From Octopus sinensis (Eukaryota), in assembly GCF_006345805.1 (NCBI RefSeq), contig NC_043007.1, forward strand, positions 25,482,001 through 25,546,000: a DNA stretch of 64,000 nucleotides, in the 5' to 3' direction. The notes below the pieces were generated by a model. It did not search any database. It worked only from the letters and a program-made list of their open reading frames with translations, and had not been told where the DNA came from. Positions 60,456 to 64,000 of this stretch are shown piece by piece. The position numbers and the translations under genes are program-made. Within the stretch, counting starts at the first letter, position 1, and every line of letters starts with the position of its first letter.

Positions 60456-60887
60456 TCATCATCATTGTCATGATCATCATCATTGTCATCATCGTCGTCG
60501 TCACCATCATCAGTGTCATCATCATTATCATTGTTACCATTATCATCATCGTCATCCCTGTTGTGGTCACCATCGTCATTATCATCATCTTTATCAAAAT
60601 AATTATTTTGCATCCATTTTTCCAGATGGATTTGCATCATCTTGTATGCACTGTAACAAAAAAAAAAAAAAGCGAAAATATATTTAACCAACTTTGGTGT
60701 TAGTATATGTCTTACTGCATTGATTAGGTACATTTTGTCATGCCACTAGCTCTAAACAGGTTGACCTATGTGAAGAGGACTGAAGATTCTATTCCATTCT
60801 ATATTAGTTCTTATTCAGAATTCTTGGATAGGCAGCCCCTGGATAGGTAGCTCTTGGGTAGGTTGCTCTTGAAGTGGTTTACAAAAT

Positions 60888-61254
60888 CTAAAGAGCACTC
60901 AGAGAGTGCAAACCTCTGCCAAGGCAACACCAATGTCCTCTCAACAATTAGCCAGAGATGATTTTTATAATGAGAATATCTGAAATAAAATTGACTGCAC
61001 TCACAAACAAGAATACTAAAAATGAACTCGACTACTCTCAAAAATTATGTAATAAAACTGGAAAAATAATCCAGAATGCTTGTCTGATACCTGATCGATC
61101 CCAAAATCTAGCCAGTTCATGCCAGTGACAAGGCCAAACATTCCTGACATTTTCATGCAAATCCCTCCAGCGGTTCTTGAGATATCTTGTCTGTGGACAA
61201 ACAAACAAACGTGCCTGAAAACAATACCTCTGCCTTCACTAAGGTGGAGGTAAT
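60888..61254 (-). mobile_element. Helentron-associated element type 2, full copy
   Basis: Minus strand starts ATTACCTCCACCTTAG and ends GCCTTGGCAGAGGTTTGCACTCTCTGAGTGCTCTTTAG (subterminal IR plus 3' hairpin). Confidence 0.6.
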
Positions 61255-61329
61255 AATAATAATAATGATAATAACAATAATAGTAATCCTTTTGCTAATA
61301 ATAATCCGAATTTTGGGGGCCTTGTTGAT

Positions 61330-61514
61330 TACCATATTTTAAAATGTATATAGGAACCCTCATATATAAGGAACCTCCTAATTTTGGTGGCTTAAAATTT
61401 GGAAGAAAGGTTTTGTAAGTGATTGTAATACTTTCCATGTATAAGAAACTCCAATATTTTTTTAACCTAATTTTTGACAAAAAAAATGTTCCTTATACAT
61501 GTTAAAATACAGTA
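61330..61514. mobile_element. pogo/Tigger-like MITE
   Basis: Imperfect TIRs TACCATATTTTAAAATGTATA / TATACATGTTAAAATACAGTA with TA ends. Confidence 0.55.
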
Positions 61515-61675
61515 CATTGACCCCAGTACGCAACCAGTACTTATTAAATTAAGCTTGAAAGGGTGAAAGGCAGAGACAACCTAAACGGTATTTGAACTCG
61601 AAACATAAAGACAGACGAAATGCTGCTAATCATTTTCCCACCATGCTAATGATTCTGCCAGCTTACCATCTTAAT

Positions 61676-61885
61676 ACTCTTTTACTCTTTTACTTGTTTC
61701 AGTCATTTGACTGCGGCCATGCTGGAGCACTGCCTTTAGTCGAGCAAATCGACCCCGGGACTTATTCTTTGTAAGCCCAGTACTTATTCTATCGGTCTCT
61801 TTTGCCGAACCGCTAAGTGACGGGGACGTAAACACACCAGCATCGGTTGTCAAGCAATGCTAGGGGGACAAACACAGACACACAA

Positions 61886-61920
<35 letters not shown>

Positions 61921-62090
61921 CATATATACGACAGGCTTCTTTCAGTTTCCGTCTACCAAATCCACTCACAAGGCATTGGTCGGCCCGGGCTATAGCAGAA
62001 GACACTTGCCCAAGATGCCACGCAGTGGGACTGAACCCGGAACCATGTGGTTGGTTAGCAAGCTACTTACCACACAGCCACTCCTGCGCC
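61676..62090 (-). mobile_element. SINE-A, flanked by B-short fragments (61515-61670, 62105-62330, both minus)
   Basis: Full head GGCGCAGGAG and tail. Confidence 0.95.
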
Positions 62091-62454
62091 TATAATAATA
62101 ATAATAATCCTTTCTACTAAAGGCCTGAAATTTGGGGGTAGGTGACTAGTCAATTACATCAACCCCAGTGTTTAACTGGCTCTTAATTTATCAACCCTGA
62201 AAGGATGAAAGGTAAAGTCAACCTCGGCGGAATTTGAACTCAGAATGTGAAGACAGACAAAGTGCTGCTAAGCATTTTGCCCATTATGCTAACGATTCTA
62301 CCATCTCGCCACCTTTAATAATAATATTAATTATGATGATGATGATGATACTTTTTACCATCTGCTACTTCCTTCCACATGTTTGTGAGGGAGTCTTATT
62401 ACTAATTAAACTGCAGCATTCGACTTATTTTCTTCATGCTGGAAATCTGGAAGA

Positions 62455-62740
62455 CTCATCATCATTATCATCATCATCATCATAGTTCTAACCTTCACTT
62501 TTCCATGTTTTGCATGGATCAGACAGAGTTTATTGTGGAAAGCTTTTGACAGCTGGATGTCCTTCCTGTCATTAACCTTCTTCTGTTTCCAAGCAAGAAA
62601 AATATTTCCTCATGGCCAGACATGTTTTTGAAGAACGCTGGAAATGAAGGACATCGCTTGCATGACAATGGCATTCATTTGCAACAACTGCACGATCTCA
62701 AAACAAGGAAACACAAACATATACACCTTTACACATACAT
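62455..62740 (-). mobile_element. SINE tail module G
   Basis: (CAT)n-CTTTTCCATG...CAGCTGGATGTCCTTCCTGTC...CAGACATG, homologous to 6700-6917. Confidence 0.7.
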
Positions 62741-62777
62741 GCAAGCACGCATACATTCATTCATTCATTCATACATT

Positions 62778-63070
62778 GAGCAAGGTCATTGCCAGTGCTG
62801 CTGGACTGACTCCTGTGCAGGTGGCACATAAAAAACACCATTTTCGAACATGACCGCTGCCAGTACCGCCAGACTGGCCCTCGTGCCGGTGGCATTTTAA
62901 AAACACCCACTGCACTCTCGGAGTGGTTGGCGTTAGGAAGAGCATCCAGCTGTAGAAACTCTGCCAGATCAGATTGGAGCCTGGCGCAGCCATCTGGTTC
63001 ACCAGTCCTCAGTCAAATCGTCCAACCCATGCTAGCATGGAAAGCGGACGTCAAATGATGATGATGATGA
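62778..63070 (+). mobile_element. Family C element
   Basis: Two to three units, conserved 3' domain, GCGGACGTCAAATGATGATG. Confidence 0.9.
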
Positions 63071-63089
63071 TACATACATACATACATAC

Positions 63090-63245
63090 ATAAACTTAAT
63101 TCAGCTTCCATCTACCAAATCCACTCACCAGGCTTTGGTTGGCCCAGGGCTATAATAGAAGACACTTTCCCAAAGTGTCACACAATGAGAGTGAACCTGA
63201 AACGCTGTGGTTCATAAGCAAACGTTTTAACCACACAGCCATGCC
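63090..63245 (-). mobile_element. SINE-A 5' half
   Basis: Head homology. Confidence 0.8.
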
Positions 63246-63379
63246 TGTGCAAAATTGATCTTAGCCGTAACATCTGAATATAAAGGAATGTGGCTGAACA
63301 CTGCATAGCATTTTCTCTGTAGCTGCACTGATTCTTTCACTCTGCCACCCATGATATTGATAATGGGTTTTTTTTCTTT

Positions 63380-63412
<33 letters not shown>

Positions 63413-63819
63413 TATAATGGCAAATAGCCATACATTTTCCAGGTGGATACTGTCAATTAAATCCAGTCTGGTGTTTGACTTGTAATTACTTTATCAACCT
63501 GTTGTGGACAACTCTCGGCTCCATCGTTTGTTTTTTTGATCAAATACAACATTAAAAGCCTTGGCACTAATTATTAACAATAAGTGACTGTCATGCTGTT
63601 GTACACAAGTTCAAAAAGCAAAAAAAAAAAAGGAAAAAAAAGAAAAAGAAAATCTAAAATATTTGGTGCATCTGACACGTTGTTATTTCTACCAATCAAA
63701 CAACTCCATTGTATCATGTGTCTCTTATCTGTGGCCACCGTTTTTCAATTAATAGAATGGCTATCGTTTGTGCATCTGTTCCGTTCTTCCAGTTCTTTTG
63801 ACCTTACCTTAATAAATAG

Positions 63820-64000
63820 TCTCTTTACTCTTTTACTTGTTTCAGTCATTTGACTGCGGCCATGCTGGAGCACCGCCTTTAATCGAGCAACTCGACCCCG
63901 GGACTTATTCTTTTGTAAGCCCAGTACTTATTCTATCGGTCTCTTTTGCCGAACCGCTAAGTTATGGGGACGTAAACACACCAGCATCAGTTGTCAAGCA
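63820..64000 (-). mobile_element. SINE-A 3' part, cut by window end
   Basis: Tail and body match. Confidence 0.95.

Overview
AT-rich (roughly one-third GC) animal genomic DNA with no long ORF. The six-frame ORF track is almost entirely microsatellite and SINE noise. The SINE sequences resemble octopus repeats as I recall them, so an octopod cephalopod is inferred but not verified. About half the window is repeats: tRNA-headed SINEs (my labels A, B-long, B-short, D, F, plus tail module G), a headless (GAT)n-tailed family C with an internal hairpin array, three RTE-type LINE 3' ends (two with target-site duplications), a HERO-like and a CR1/Jockey-like remnant, one complete but decayed mariner split by three SINE insertions, Helentron-associated, piggyBac-like and pogo-like non-autonomous elements, tandem arrays and many microsatellites. 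One good candidate host exon (38957-39151, + strand) and a few weak ones suggest the window is intronic in a large + strand gene. The main finds are: minimal type I hammerhead ribozyme motifs in head-to-head inverted pairs at two loci (7660-7763, inside a (TA)n-embedded fold-back element, and 36925-36999), probably Penelope-like; the CRISPR-looking hairpin array of family C; head/tail shuffling among SINEs; SINEs turning into tandem arrays by two routes; a duplicated Fox-NR-Fox motif cassette with exact spacing; and a possible 3-nt microexon with a UGCAUG cluster. Family labels are mine. Boundaries of degenerate copies are approximate (about 10-20 bp).
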